Assembly: GCA_002477465.1 (NCBI GenBank)
Contig: DLPV01000026.1
Location: 14,597 to 78,596, forward strand
Direction of reading: 5' to 3'
From: Gammaproteobacteria bacterium UBA7449
GTDB taxonomy: Bacteria; Pseudomonadota; Gammaproteobacteria; Pseudomonadales; Pseudohongiellaceae
Length of the DNA stretch: 64,000 bases
Shown here: one piece after another, positions 10,648-21,569 of the stretch
Layout: each line of letters opens with the position of its first letter
Position numbering within the stretch: the stretch's first letter is position 1
The notes under the pieces: model-generated
What the model was told of the DNA's origin: nothing
Databases searched by the model: none
What the model saw: the letters and a program-made list of their open reading frames with translations, nothing else
Position numbers and translations under genes: made by a program

Positions 10648-11352
10648 TTATTGGGGAATGAAATTTCCAGTCTTCAAATAGTGGATAGTTTGATCAATCA
10701 AGTGATTATTGCGCATCATGATTGTGTGCATCACCGGTAGTACTAGGTGCTCATCCATGCCAACGACACGGGTGCTTTCGACCGTGACCACGCTATCGTT
10801 TTTGCCCTCTAAGAAAAGCGCTGCCAGCGGATTGACGTTGACATCACCAGCGATAACGCCAAGCTCAAACTGCACCGGCCCCAGTTTGGAGAAAATACTA
10901 TCGGGCCCCGTGCCCAGCACATCAGCTGCTGGTCCCAGCAGCGCCCAACCCGGCACGCGACGCATTCTATCCACCAATGCGGTGCCCTGATTGGGTGGCC
11001 CCAGCATGACAACTCTGCCCAACTGTGGCAGAGTTTCGCTATCCAGGTACTGGCGAACCAGTATGCCGCCCAGAGAATGGGTTACAAAATGAACCTTGGA
11101 TACCTGCTGTTCATCGCAGGCCGACAAACCGCGGCCTATGGCTTCCTCGGCCAGAAATTCAATCTCATCGCGTCGCGACGGATATGTGATATTCACTGCA
11201 AGAAAACCCGATCGGGCAAGCTTCCGTTCGAGTTCCACCATAGAATTGGAGACGCGGGCCAGGCCATGAAGCAGCACCACGCATTCCTTGTTGCTCGCCA
11301 GGCTAGTCTCACACAGCGACAAGAGCAGCAGAAAAACGGCAGTTACTCGCAT
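10648..11352 (-). CDS. Secreted alpha/beta hydrolase (lipase/esterase-like, GxSxG = HSLGG)
   Basis: Signal peptide (MRVTAVFLLLLSLCETSLA), VVLLHGL and FVTHSLGG nucleophile elbow. ATG at 11352 is preferred to the tracked TTG at 11364. Confidence 0.7.
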   Translation of the reverse strand: MRVTAVFLLLLSLCETSLASNKECVVLLHGLARVSNSMVELERKLARSGFLAVNITYPSRRDEIEFLAEEAIGRGLSACDEQQVSKVHFVTHSLGGILVRQYLDSETLPQLGRVVMLGPPNQGTALVDRMRRVPGWALLGPAADVLGTGPDSIFSKLGPVQFELGVIAGDVNVNPLAALFLEGKNDSVVTVESTRVVGMDEHLVLPVMHTIMMRNNHLIDQTIHYLKTGNFIPQ

Positions 11353-11360
11353 ACCGAAGC

Positions 11361-11696
11361 TCAAGTCAGCCCCGAAGCCGGCTCACAGCCCGGCACTGAC
11401 TGACAGTTCCAACAAACCGCGAAAGTGCCTGAGATATCTTCGCCGCAGGCATCGCAGGTCCAATCCTTCATTTCCTCTGATTCAAGCTTTTCCATTTCTT
11501 TGACCAGGCGTTCCGCATACTGATAGTAGAGTGCATTCACTACCCAAACCTCACCCATACATTCAGTGACCGGGATCTCCCCGGCTATGCTGTACAGACG
11601 GTCATTACGAGTCACCACATCTATACCCTGCTGTTCCAGCATATTTTTGACATGCCAGACCAGGGCGATATTGTTATTGGAATAGACCTTTTTCAT
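11361..11696 (-). CDS. DUF2007-type (putative signal-transducing) domain protein with C-terminal zinc ribbon
   Basis: The N-terminus resembles DUF2007 proteins (VYSNNNIALVWHVKNMLEQQGI) and the C-terminus carries CDACG...CWNC. 111 aa. Confidence 0.55.
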   Translation of the reverse strand: MKKVYSNNNIALVWHVKNMLEQQGIDVVTRNDRLYSIAGEIPVTECMGEVWVVNALYYQYAERLVKEMEKLESEEMKDWTCDACGEDISGTFAVCWNCQSVPGCEPASGLT

Positions 11697-11766
11697 CCAA
11701 ACACCTGCACACCTAATTACCGAGTGTGCTTGAGATTATAACGTTGAATCGTGCCGTAAAAATGCC

Positions 11767-13353
11767 TTAGCGGTAGATATGCCTCCAGCGCAATCCGCCC
11801 AGCAGCAACACCAGCACATAGACAATTACGCTGCCCCCTACTGCAACAGCTAGCTTCGCGACTCTTGCCAACACAGAAAGACTCTCCCAAACCTCCCATG
11901 GATCGGCGCTAAAGAGAATAAATGCGACCATAGCGACATTCGCCAGGCCTAATTGCAGCAAATATTTCAGCCAGCCTGACTGCCACAGAAAAACCTGGTC
12001 CTGGCGCAGAAACCACAATAGCAAGCCAGCATTCACGAAGGCAGCAAGACTGGTCGCCAGCGCCAGGCCTACGTGGGCCAAACCGGCCAGGTAGAAAGTG
12101 ATATTCAGGATCATGTTTATTGCCATAGCAATGATCCCGATGCGCACTGGTGTCGATGTGTTCTGTCGGGCATAAAACCCCGGCGCAAAAATCTTAACGC
12201 TCATAAAAGCAAGCAAACCAACAGCATAGGCACGCAAACTACCGGCCGAACTAATGACATCGCTGCGAGGAAAATTATCATTCTGAAACAGCGTGATCAG
12301 CAGCGGCTCCGCCAGCAGAATCAGGCCCAGGGAGGCTGGAATCGCGATTAGACAGACCAGTCGCAGCGCCCAGTCCAGGGTTTCGGCGAAGGCCTGTACC
12401 GACGATTCGGCGTGCTGTCTCGATAGACTGGGCAACACCACAATCGCAATGGCAATGCCAAAAGTACCCAAAGGCAGTTCCATCAGGCGGTCCGAATAAT
12501 AAAGCCAGGACACGCTGCCAGTTACCAGCAACGACGCAATGACAGTGTCCAGCAGCAGGTTAATCTGACTCACGGAGGCACCAAACAGAGCCGGCAGCAT
12601 CAGTTTTTTAATTCTGGCGACACCCTCTTTATCATTCCCAAAAACCGGCTTCGGCAGGAGCTTGAGACGAATGAGAAAAGGCAGCTGAAAGAACAACTGC
12701 GCGAACCCGGCCAGCAGGACAGCCCACGCCAAGGCCAATTCCGGTTGCCTCAGGTACGGCGCCAGCAGAAACGAACAGAAAATCAGGGAGATGTTGAGCA
12801 AGGCCGGGGTCAGTGCCGGGACAGCAAATCGACCATAGCTATTCAATATTGCGCTGCACAGTGCCGTCATCGATATCAATAGCAGATAGGGGAACGTAAC
12901 GCGCAGCATTTCAACAAACAGTGCGAATTTCTGTGGCTCATCGGTGAATCCGTAAGCGATTGGCACGGCGACATAGGGCGCGGCGATAAGCACGAACACG
13001 GTGAGCAGGAGCAGGAATCCACCCAGACTTGCTGCCACCGAATTCAGCAAGGCCTGGACGGCGGCATGAGGTCGCTGACTGCGATACTCGGACAAGATGG
13101 GCACGAAAGCCTGGTTAAATGCGCCTTCCGCAAAAAGACGCCGCATGAAATTCGGTATCTTGTTGGCGAGGAAGAAAGCGTCTGTGGCGTCAGTGGTGCC
13201 GAACACCCTGGCGATGACGATATCTCGCACCAGGCCCAGCACGCGGGACACCATGGTCATGGACCCGGTGATACCGCTGGATTTTAGCAAGCTGCCACGA
13301 GCCTTATCAGGGGCTGCCTCACTTTCTTGCTGCTGTTGTGTGTCCACTGTCAT
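11767..13353 (-). CDS. murJ: Lipid II flippase MurJ (MviN)
   Basis: Characteristic N-terminus (LLKSSGITGSMTMVSRVLGLVRDIVIARVFG) and a multi-TM body. The start is uncertain (13401 or 13353). Confidence 0.9.
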   Translation of the reverse strand: MTVDTQQQQESEAAPDKARGSLLKSSGITGSMTMVSRVLGLVRDIVIARVFGTTDATDAFFLANKIPNFMRRLFAEGAFNQAFVPILSEYRSQRPHAAVQALLNSVAASLGGFLLLLTVFVLIAAPYVAVPIAYGFTDEPQKFALFVEMLRVTFPYLLLISMTALCSAILNSYGRFAVPALTPALLNISLIFCSFLLAPYLRQPELALAWAVLLAGFAQLFFQLPFLIRLKLLPKPVFGNDKEGVARIKKLMLPALFGASVSQINLLLDTVIASLLVTGSVSWLYYSDRLMELPLGTFGIAIAIVVLPSLSRQHAESSVQAFAETLDWALRLVCLIAIPASLGLILLAEPLLITLFQNDNFPRSDVISSAGSLRAYAVGLLAFMSVKIFAPGFYARQNTSTPVRIGIIAMAINMILNITFYLAGLAHVGLALATSLAAFVNAGLLLWFLRQDQVFLWQSGWLKYLLQLGLANVAMVAFILFSADPWEVWESLSVLARVAKLAVAVGGSVIVYVLVLLLGGLRWRHIYR

Positions 13354-13641
13354 AGGGATGCAGTCGCTCGGCCTGAATTGAATGCCGGCCGGCCCGGTCA
13401 AAAATCAGAATACATTCTTAACTTTATCAGATTAGTTATTGATTTCGTTAAATATTTAACAGAGACAAAGGTGCTTGGTGTGCATCTTTTCATATTGACA
13501 TCAATAGGTGAAAACGGCATAGTGTCGCTCCTTCGAACATGGGCCAGTTTTGACTGCCCCGACGAACAGAATCAGGCCTCAGCAAAACAGCAAATGAGCG
13601 TCGTATTTAAGAGCTAAATCGCTAAATCTAAGGAGCATAAA

Positions 13642-13905
13642 TTGGCTAACTCTCCACAAGCCCGTAAACGCGCCCGTCAGGGGGAAACTCGACGACGTCA
13701 CAATGCATCGTTCCGTTCCATGGTGCGCACCTACATCAAGAAGGTCGATGCAGCCATCGCTGGTGGTGACCACGGTGCTGCCACTGCAGCCTACAATGAG
13801 GCCGTCCCAGTGATCGATCGCATGGCCGACAAAGGCATCATTCACAAAAACAAGGCGGCACGACACAAGAGCAGATTAAATTCTGCAGTAAAGGGTCTCA
13901 AGTAG
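13642..13905 (+). CDS. rpsT: 30S ribosomal protein S20
   Basis: [13 protein letters not shown]...RRRHNAS..S. TTG start at 13642 follows AGGAG (13631-13635). A UUG start is also known for E. coli rpsT. Confidence 0.95.
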   Translation: MANSPQARKRARQGETRRRHNASFRSMVRTYIKKVDAAIAGGDHGAATAAYNEAVPVIDRMADKGIIHKNKAARHKSRLNSAVKGLK

Positions 13906-13928
13906 GACCCGGTGCTGCAATAACTCTG

Positions 13929-13956
13929 AAAAACCGGCCTCTGGCCGGTTTTTTTT
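13929..13956. terminator. Bidirectional rho-independent terminator between convergent rpsT and proB
   Basis: A-run, CCGGCC-TCT-GGCCGG hairpin, then T8 (aaaaaccggcctctggccggtttttttt). Confidence 0.8.
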
Positions 13957-14000
13957 GGCTGGCTGAAAACCTGCTGCCGCTGCTACGTTTGGATATGCAG

Positions 14001-15122
14001 TTATCGCGACAGGATGAGGTTATCCCTATGTATCACCTCTTCCTCACCCCCGTATCCCAGCAGCGCTTCAATCTGGTCACTGCTCTTGCCGCAAAGTTTG
14101 GCGATTTCTGCCGCGTCATAATTCACCAGCCCCCGCGCAACTTCGACTCCCTCAGTGGTAACACAGGCCACGACATCACCGCGCCTGAACTTTCCTGTGA
14201 CACGCTGCACGCCAACCGCCAGCAGGCTTTTACCCGAGTTGCAAAGCACATTCACCGCCCCCGCATCAAGTTGCAGGGTGCCGGCAACCGTTAACTGGCC
14301 GGCCAACCACTGCTTGCGCGCCGTCATCGGTTCACTATCAGCGGTGAGCAAGGTACCGAGTTCCTCGCCGGAGGCAATCCTGGCGAGAATATCCTCGAAG
14401 CGGCCATTGGCGATAATCGTGTCGGTGCCTGAGCGTGCCGCTAATTTGGCTGCACTTAATTTGGATTGCATACCGCCTCTGCCCAGGCTACTGCCCGCGC
14501 CAGCCATTGCCGCCAGGCTTTCGTCGTGGGCCGAGGCGACAGACACCAACTCTGCATCTTCGTGACCGCGGGGATCGGCCGTGAAGAGACCATCCTGGTC
14601 CGTTAGAATCACCATGGCGTCTGCGTTAGTGAGGTTCGCCACCAGCGCGGCCAAGGTATCGTTGTCGCCAAAGCACAATTCCGCCGTGGCCACGGTGTCA
14701 TTTTCATTGACCACGGGCAGCGTCCCTAGTTCGAGCAAGGTAGTCAGGGTACTGCGCGCATTCAGATAACGCGTGCGGTCGGAGAGATCCTCATGGCTCA
14801 GCAGAATCTGTGCCGCATGCACACCATGCTCCATAAAGCAGGATTCATAGGCCTGGATCACGCCCATCTGACCTACAGCGGCAGCCGCTTGTTGCATATG
14901 GATTTCCCGCGGTCGCGACTTCAGGCTCAGTCGACTTACCCCTTCCGCGACCGCACCACTTGAAACCAGTACCAGTTTAATGCCAGCGCCTTGAAGCGCC
15001 ACCAATTGTCGCGCCCAGTTTGCGATCGCCTGCCGATCCAGTCCCAAACCGTTATTGGTTACCAGGGAACTACCCACTTTAACTACCCAACGGCGACCCT
15101 CTATAAATTTATCCCTGCTCAT
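14001..15122 (-). CDS. proB: Glutamate 5-kinase
   Basis: ProB signatures ([32 protein letters not shown]) plus a C-terminal PUA-like region. Confidence 0.93.
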   Translation of the reverse strand: MSRDKFIEGRRWVVKVGSSLVTNNGLGLDRQAIANWARQLVALQGAGIKLVLVSSGAVAEGVSRLSLKSRPREIHMQQAAAAVGQMGVIQAYESCFMEHGVHAAQILLSHEDLSDRTRYLNARSTLTTLLELGTLPVVNENDTVATAELCFGDNDTLAALVANLTNADAMVILTDQDGLFTADPRGHEDAELVSVASAHDESLAAMAGAGSSLGRGGMQSKLSAAKLAARSGTDTIIANGRFEDILARIASGEELGTLLTADSEPMTARKQWLAGQLTVAGTLQLDAGAVNVLCNSGKSLLAVGVQRVTGKFRRGDVVACVTTEGVEVARGLVNYDAAEIAKLCGKSSDQIEALLGYGGEEEVIHRDNLILSR

Positions 15123-15161
15123 GACTCTAGTTTCTATTCCTGTGTTGACTCGCGCTAGCTG

Positions 15162-16400
<1,239 letters not shown>

Positions 16401-16417
16401 CTCTAAACGCTTGCGAT

Positions 16418-16675
16418 TCAGGCCGTCTCGACGCTCACAAATTTTCTGTTATGTGGGCCTTTTTCGGCAAATCGAATCACACCATCCGCCTTTGCGAACA
16501 GGGTATGATCCTTACCACAGCCAACATTCTCTCCAGGATGGAACTTAGTGCCGCGCTGGCGCACGATAATGTTTCCAGCCTTTGCTACCTGGCCGCCAAA
16601 CAATTTCACACCCAGACGTTTGGATACGGAATCGCGACCGTTATTAGTACTACCGCCTGCTTTCTTATGTGCCAT
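16418..16675 (-). CDS. rpmA: 50S ribosomal protein L27
   Basis: [22 protein letters not shown]. Confidence 0.97.
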   Translation of the reverse strand: MAHKKAGGSTNNGRDSVSKRLGVKLFGGQVAKAGNIIVRQRGTKFHPGENVGCGKDHTLFAKADGVIRFAEKGPHNRKFVSVETA

Positions 16676-16692
16676 GCCTGTCTCCTGATCCT

Positions 16693-17004
16693 TTAGCCTT
16701 TGATACCAGTGATTTTCACCTCGGTGAAACTCTGGCGGTGGCCCTGTGTCTTCTGGAAGTGCTTGCGACGGTTAAATTTTACAATTTTCACCTTGTCGCC
16801 ACGACCCTGCTTTAAAACTTCAGCCGTGACCTGGCTACCTTCCACATAAGGTGTACCAATCTTCACCGACTCCCCTTCACCGACCATCAATATCTTGTCG
16901 AATTGAACTTCATCGCCGGCGGCTGCATCCAGCTTCTCCAACTGCAGGACTTCACCTTCAGTGACCCTGTGCTGCTTACCACCACTCTCGATTACCGCGT
17001 ACAT
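16693..17004 (-). CDS. rplU: 50S ribosomal protein L21
   Basis: [17 protein letters not shown] at 17004 was chosen over the tracked 17016. Confidence 0.96.
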   Translation of the reverse strand: MYAVIESGGKQHRVTEGEVLQLEKLDAAAGDEVQFDKILMVGEGESVKIGTPYVEGSQVTAEVLKQGRGDKVKIVKFNRRKHFQKTQGHRQSFTEVKITGIKG

Positions 17005-17273
17005 AGCTAACTCCAAAACCTGTTGGGAAGGGCAAGGTACCCGTTTCCATAGGGCCGGGCATTTTACGGGATCGTTTCAGGCTAAGCAAGTGAAAATAAA
17101 GGCTTTAAGCTAGCTTACTTTCCGCCCCAATGCCGCTAAATCACTCGCCTGCACACTAATTTGCTCACTTGACAGCATTCCCTGCTCTCCCTAGCATGCG
17201 TCTTCAATCTAGAACACGCCCTACACAGGGAGTGCCTGGCCTCAATAGCCTCAAACTCAGCCCAAAATCAGAA

Positions 17274-18245
17274 ATGTCCCAACAGCTCAGAGCGATCGTC
17301 GAAGACGACTTTCAGGCCGTCAATCAATATGTCATTGACCAGCTCTATTCAGAGGTCGAGCTGGTGGAAAGTATCGGCCATTATATTGTGGAAGCCGGTG
17401 GTAAGCGCTTGCGTCCATTGCTGGTACTGCTGGCAGCAAAAAGCTGTGGCATCGAGGATAACAAGCATATCCCCATGGCCGCCGTCATCGAATTCATTCA
17501 TACGGCCACCCTGCTGCATGATGATGTTGTCGATATGTCGACGCTGCGTCGAGGCCGCCCCACAGTGAACGCGGAATGGAATAATCCCTCCAGCGTACTG
17601 GTCGGAGATTTCATCTACTCCCGCGCATTCCAGGTGCTGGTCCGCATCGGCAGTCTCCGCATTATGGAAATTATCGCCGACACCACCAATAAGATCGCCG
17701 AGGGTGAGGTGCTGCAGCTGCTGGCAAAATCTAACCCGGAATCCTCTGAAGCCGACTACATGCGCGTTATTGAAAACAAGACTGCGATCCTGTTCAAGGC
17801 AGCGGCCGAATGCGGGGCTATCCTGGCTGGCGCCGACGTTACAGTCTCCAATAGGCTGGGCCGATTTGGGATGCACATTGGTACTGCCTTTCAGCTGATT
17901 GATGACGTGCTGGACTATCGCGGTGACACCGAAGCCCTCGGCAAAAACGTCGGCGATGACCTTGCTGAAGGCAAACCTACCCTGCCCCTGCTCTACGCCA
18001 TGGCTAATTGTGGACCCGATGATGTCACCCTGGTCAAACAGAGCCTGGCTGCAGAGACTGTTTCCCCTGAGCAACTGCAGAATGTGATTAAAATCGTAAT
18101 TGACTCAGGCGCGTTGGACTACACTCAGAGCCTCGCAGAAGCGCAGGTGGCCGAATCCAGAGCCTGCCTTGCCGAACTCCCCGCTTCTGGCTATCGCGAC
18201 TCCCTCATGGCCATGGTGGATTTCGCGATCAATCGAAACAGCTGA
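17274..18245 (+). CDS. ispB: Octaprenyl-diphosphate synthase
   Basis: Polyprenyl synthase DDxxD motifs (LLHDDVVD, QLIDDVLD). The conserved ispB/rplU divergent arrangement is present. Start chosen at MSQQLRAIV (17274). Confidence 0.92.
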   Translation: MSQQLRAIVEDDFQAVNQYVIDQLYSEVELVESIGHYIVEAGGKRLRPLLVLLAAKSCGIEDNKHIPMAAVIEFIHTATLLHDDVVDMSTLRRGRPTVNAEWNNPSSVLVGDFIYSRAFQVLVRIGSLRIMEIIADTTNKIAEGEVLQLLAKSNPESSEADYMRVIENKTAILFKAAAECGAILAGADVTVSNRLGRFGMHIGTAFQLIDDVLDYRGDTEALGKNVGDDLAEGKPTLPLLYAMANCGPDDVTLVKQSLAAETVSPEQLQNVIKIVIDSGALDYTQSLAEAQVAESRACLAELPASGYRDSLMAMVDFAINRNS

Positions 18246-18322
18246 GTCACTTTTATGTATGGCCCCGCGCCTGCCTGTGTGCAGCCCACTATTTTCGCAA
18301 ACAACTATTTTTGGAGCCACCT

Positions 18323-18892
18323 ATGCGAATAGCCAATCTAACCCTGAGCCTGGTTTGCCTGTTCACAATCGCTTCCTGCACCAGCACCGGGATTGGCGGC
18401 GGTAATGCCGCCGAGCGCCGTCAAGGCATCTTGGAAATGCGCCAGGACGTGCTGACGGAGCTGTACTCCATTAAACCCGATACACGCGTACAAATTGGCA
18501 GCGCTGCCGGTTATGCGGTATTCACCAACGCCAACATCAATTTGATCCTGGCCAGCTTCGGTGGCGGTGTCGGGGTGGTGAGGGACAACGAAAATGGCGG
18601 CGATACGTTTATGCGTATGGGCGAAGTGGGGATCGGTCTCGGTGCGGGTGTGAAAGATTTTCGCGCCGTGTTTGTATTTCACGATCATGCAGCGCTGGAC
18701 CGATTCATGGACTTGGGAATCGCAGTCGGGGGCCAGGCTGATGCCGCCGCCAAGGCGGGTGATCTAGGCGCTGCAGTCGGCGGAGAAGCTATTGTGGACA
18801 ATGTGACGGTATACCAGTTAACCCAATCTGGCCTAGCCTTGCAGGCAACGATCAAAGGCACCCGCTACTGGCGCGATTCTCAGTTAAATTGA
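18323..18892 (+). CDS. Lipoprotein with SYLF/Ysc84-like (DUF500) lipid-binding domain
   Basis: Lipobox (LFTIASC) after the signal peptide. Gly-rich repeats (FGGGVGVVRD, GIGLGAGVKDFRAVFVF) are typical of SYLF-domain proteins. GGAG lies upstream of ATG 18323. Confidence 0.6.
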   Translation: MRIANLTLSLVCLFTIASCTSTGIGGGNAAERRQGILEMRQDVLTELYSIKPDTRVQIGSAAGYAVFTNANINLILASFGGGVGVVRDNENGGDTFMRMGEVGIGLGAGVKDFRAVFVFHDHAALDRFMDLGIAVGGQADAAAKAGDLGAAVGGEAIVDNVTVYQLTQSGLALQATIKGTRYWRDSQLN

Positions 18893-18895
18893 GGT

Positions 18896-20083
18896 TTACC
18901 GAAAGCGTATTGTGGTTCCGGCGCTGCTGTCATTCAAAATATTAGATGAGTCAATAACACGTAGCTTATGGGAGCTGGGTTGGTAGATCGCGGCGTTACC
19001 CGCCACGACCTCCTCGGCCGACTGCCGCAAATCCTCCGCTTCCAGTTCATCCCCAAGTGCCGAGTAGACGTCTGCAAGGGCAAAGTAAAAATCCGGTTCA
19101 AAGCGTTTCAGTCGCAGGGCTGATTGAAAGGAAGTGCGCGCGGCTTCCAGATTCTCTGCTTCTAAAGCCAACTGCCCCCTGGCGAAATGATAGTAGGGAT
19201 TGCGATCGTTAAATCGCTGAATCGCGTCCTCGTACCTTATGGCAAGTTCGAGTTCTCCCGTGCTCCGATAGTGCTTTGCGAGATTGTTCACGGCCGTCGC
19301 ATTATTATCCTCAGTCAGAAATGCCATTTGATAGCTATACTCGGCAAACTCCCTGTTTCCCAAACGATTATAGGTCGCCCCGATGTTATTCCAGGCAATC
19401 GATAAATCTGTTTCGAGATACAGTGCATTTTTGAAGTAAGTGAGTGCTGTATCCAAATCCTCTGCCACCAGCGCTTCTACCCCAAGATTATTGAAGTAAA
19501 GCGCTCGCGCATAGAGATCACTAACCGTTCTTGCCGTGAGCTGCTGTAGCTGAATCTCAGGAGTGAAGTCCACCACATACTTGCGCTTATATCCGAGGTT
19601 GCCGGTCGCATTAATATGACGACTCAAGACCAGCAAGCTACCACGCTTGTCCCATTCTGGCCTGACTTCAACAGTTTGGAATTGCGCATCTATGCCGGTG
19701 TAACGCGCCATAGCGATATACAGGTTCATGACGGAGAGACAGTTGCCTTGCCGCGTCTCGAAGGCTTCTACTGCGGTGTGGGTGCGGGAATCGTCATATC
19801 GCAGATTGAGATAATTCTCGTCGTATAGCAGCGCCTGAATTTTCGCGACGCGAACTGTAGTACTGTCTCCATCATCGATGAGCCGATCCAAAAGCGCCAT
19901 GATCTCATCATTGAGAAATAGTGGATCGACCTCACTAAAAAGATCCTCGGTCCGATCGACTATCTGCGCTTCTATCGCTGCATCGCGCTCAAACTCGGTC
20001 TGCAAATTAATCGTGCTGCAGGCTGACAAAAGCCCTGCCATGAACAGCAAGCCCTTAATTTTGCAGTTCACTAACTTAATCAT
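18896..20083 (-). CDS. Lipoprotein with transglutaminase-like cysteine-protease core and C-terminal TPR repeats
   Basis: Lipobox LLSAC. Motif RQGNCLSVMNLYIAMARYTGI (Cys of the transglutaminase-like fold) with downstream SRHINA (His). Multiple TPR-like repeats in the C-terminal half. Start 20083 (MIKLV..) is preferred to 20146. Confidence 0.6.
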   Translation of the reverse strand: MIKLVNCKIKGLLFMAGLLSACSTINLQTEFERDAAIEAQIVDRTEDLFSEVDPLFLNDEIMALLDRLIDDGDSTTVRVAKIQALLYDENYLNLRYDDSRTHTAVEAFETRQGNCLSVMNLYIAMARYTGIDAQFQTVEVRPEWDKRGSLLVLSRHINATGNLGYKRKYVVDFTPEIQLQQLTARTVSDLYARALYFNNLGVEALVAEDLDTALTYFKNALYLETDLSIAWNNIGATYNRLGNREFAEYSYQMAFLTEDNNATAVNNLAKHYRSTGELELAIRYEDAIQRFNDRNPYYHFARGQLALEAENLEAARTSFQSALRLKRFEPDFYFALADVYSALGDELEAEDLRQSAEEVVAGNAAIYQPSSHKLRVIDSSNILNDSSAGTTIRFR

Positions 20084-20117
20084 CACTCTCGCTGACCATG
20101 TCTTAATCCATCTTGAC

Positions 20118-21569
20118 TCAATGACGAGCCGGGGTTTCCTGCCCACGCTTGTCTACTTTCAAGAACTCGTAGCGTCCGCGCAGAAAACTAATCTGTTGTT
20201 CCTGCAGGCTGCGAAACAGGGCAATCCATCCGGCGTATTTAGCGATCGGCGTCATATCCTTACCTAGACCGGCATAATCCAGATTTTCTCTTAGGCGCCC
20301 CGAATCCCGTCCCCAGCTGCGCTGAAACTCCATGCTTTCAGCATCGTGCTCATACTCAAACTCAAGCGCCACCCGGGTCTGGGCCAGGCGCATATTGTCC
20401 GCTGACAGGAACCGCACTTCATAGTTAGAGACAAACTCCAGTTTATTGCCTTCCCGTTGCAGCCAGTCGACACCCGTATCGATGATAACGCTTTTGATCA
20501 CATCAAGATTTTGGACATAGGCAAATGGCAAGGTGTCAGCATGCATGATTTCGAATCCTGCATCCGTATCTCTGAGCGCAGAGGAGATCCGTACCCTTCC
20601 CGCTTCATCAATGTCCACGATGGCATCGGATTTAATGGCAATAGAGCGCGCCACAAAATCCCACAGCGCTTTTAAGGTTTTTGCTTCCAGCGCTGGTAGC
20701 TCCCAGGCAGCACCGGCTTCATCTAACAATAAAAATTGACCATCGGTAAAACGCAGTTCGGACACATCCAGATTCAGATAGGACGTTTCCCCTAACGCCA
20801 CACCTCCGGGCACGATGATTTCCCGTATAGTTGATTCTGAAAACTCATCGCCAAGCGACTTTTTTTCGAAAACTGAAGGCTCAGTGCGCGCGAGAGCTCG
20901 ACCACCCAGAGCCTCTCCGGACCTGAAGATTGAATTGCTGTTACGCCTGACGCGTTTGCCGAGCAATGTCAGTTCTGTGACCTCGCTCTCGAGGCGCCTA
21001 GCATTACGCCCATCGATAGCAAAGCGCCGAGCCGCTGTAGCGTAAAAATTCCCCGCCACTGCTATGTCGGTATTACTATCCAGGAACAGGACAGCATGGC
21101 CATATCCCCTGGCCACACTCGCAATCTTGTCTGCAGCCTCGCGGTCCGATGCAGCAAAGCTGATCAGAGTCCTGGCAATGGAATGATCATCCAGCCAGTC
21201 CTGCAGAAGTGCATGCTCCTCGAAATTGCTGGCGCCGGCATCAGTAAAAATCACCAATCCCTGAATCAAACCAGCCGTCAGCTCTGCTTCCCAGCTCTGC
21301 AATTCTAGCGATGCTGGATAACTATGATTAGGCAAATCCGGAAATCTTCCCAACCTATAAGTACTGATTCTACCTCTGGCAAGTTGACGATGATTCAGGT
21401 TATGTATCACATCGATATTATAGGCCTCCAGCGGCGATGCCAGCTGCAAAAATAAAGGGTCAGGTGTCTCGGTTTCATCCAGGATGCTTGCTTGCGTCGA
21501 ACTGTCTAGAAACAGCGACACAAGCAAGACTAATGCAGCAGCATTAGCTTTAGTAAACAGCACAGGCAT
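20118..21569 (-). CDS. Exported protein of unknown function
   Basis: Signal peptide (ALVLLVSLFLDSSTQA). 483 aa with no family recognised. Its start overlaps the upstream gene's end by 20 nt. Confidence 0.55.
   Translation of the reverse strand: MPVLFTKANAAALVLLVSLFLDSSTQASILDETETPDPLFLQLASPLEAYNIDVIHNLNHRQLARGRISTYRLGRFPDLPNHSYPASLELQSWEAELTAGLIQGLVIFTDAGASNFEEHALLQDWLDDHSIARTLISFAASDREAADKIASVARGYGHAVLFLDSNTDIAVAGNFYATAARRFAIDGRNARRLESEVTELTLLGKRVRRNSNSIFRSGEALGGRALARTEPSVFEKKSLGDEFSESTIREIIVPGGVALGETSYLNLDVSELRFTDGQFLLLDEAGAAWELPALEAKTLKALWDFVARSIAIKSDAIVDIDEAGRVRISSALRDTDAGFEIMHADTLPFAYVQNLDVIKSVIIDTGVDWLQREGNKLEFVSNYEVRFLSADNMRLAQTRVALEFEYEHDAESMEFQRSWGRDSGRLRENLDYAGLGKDMTPIAKYAGWIALFRSLQEQQISFLRGRYEFLKVDKRGQETPARH

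Noticed and set aside
17349-18074. 241-aa ORF on the minus strand
   Set aside because: It is antisense to ispB, which carries the DDxxD polyprenyl synthase motifs. It is a shadow ORF.
20700-21300. TIR-like stretch (LISFAASDREAADKIASVARGYGHAVLFLD) in the exported 483-aa protein
   Set aside because: It shows only a short, loose resemblance to the TIR beta-A/alpha-A/beta-B pattern. The protein has a signal peptide and no catalytic Glu context could be identified. This is too weak to call.
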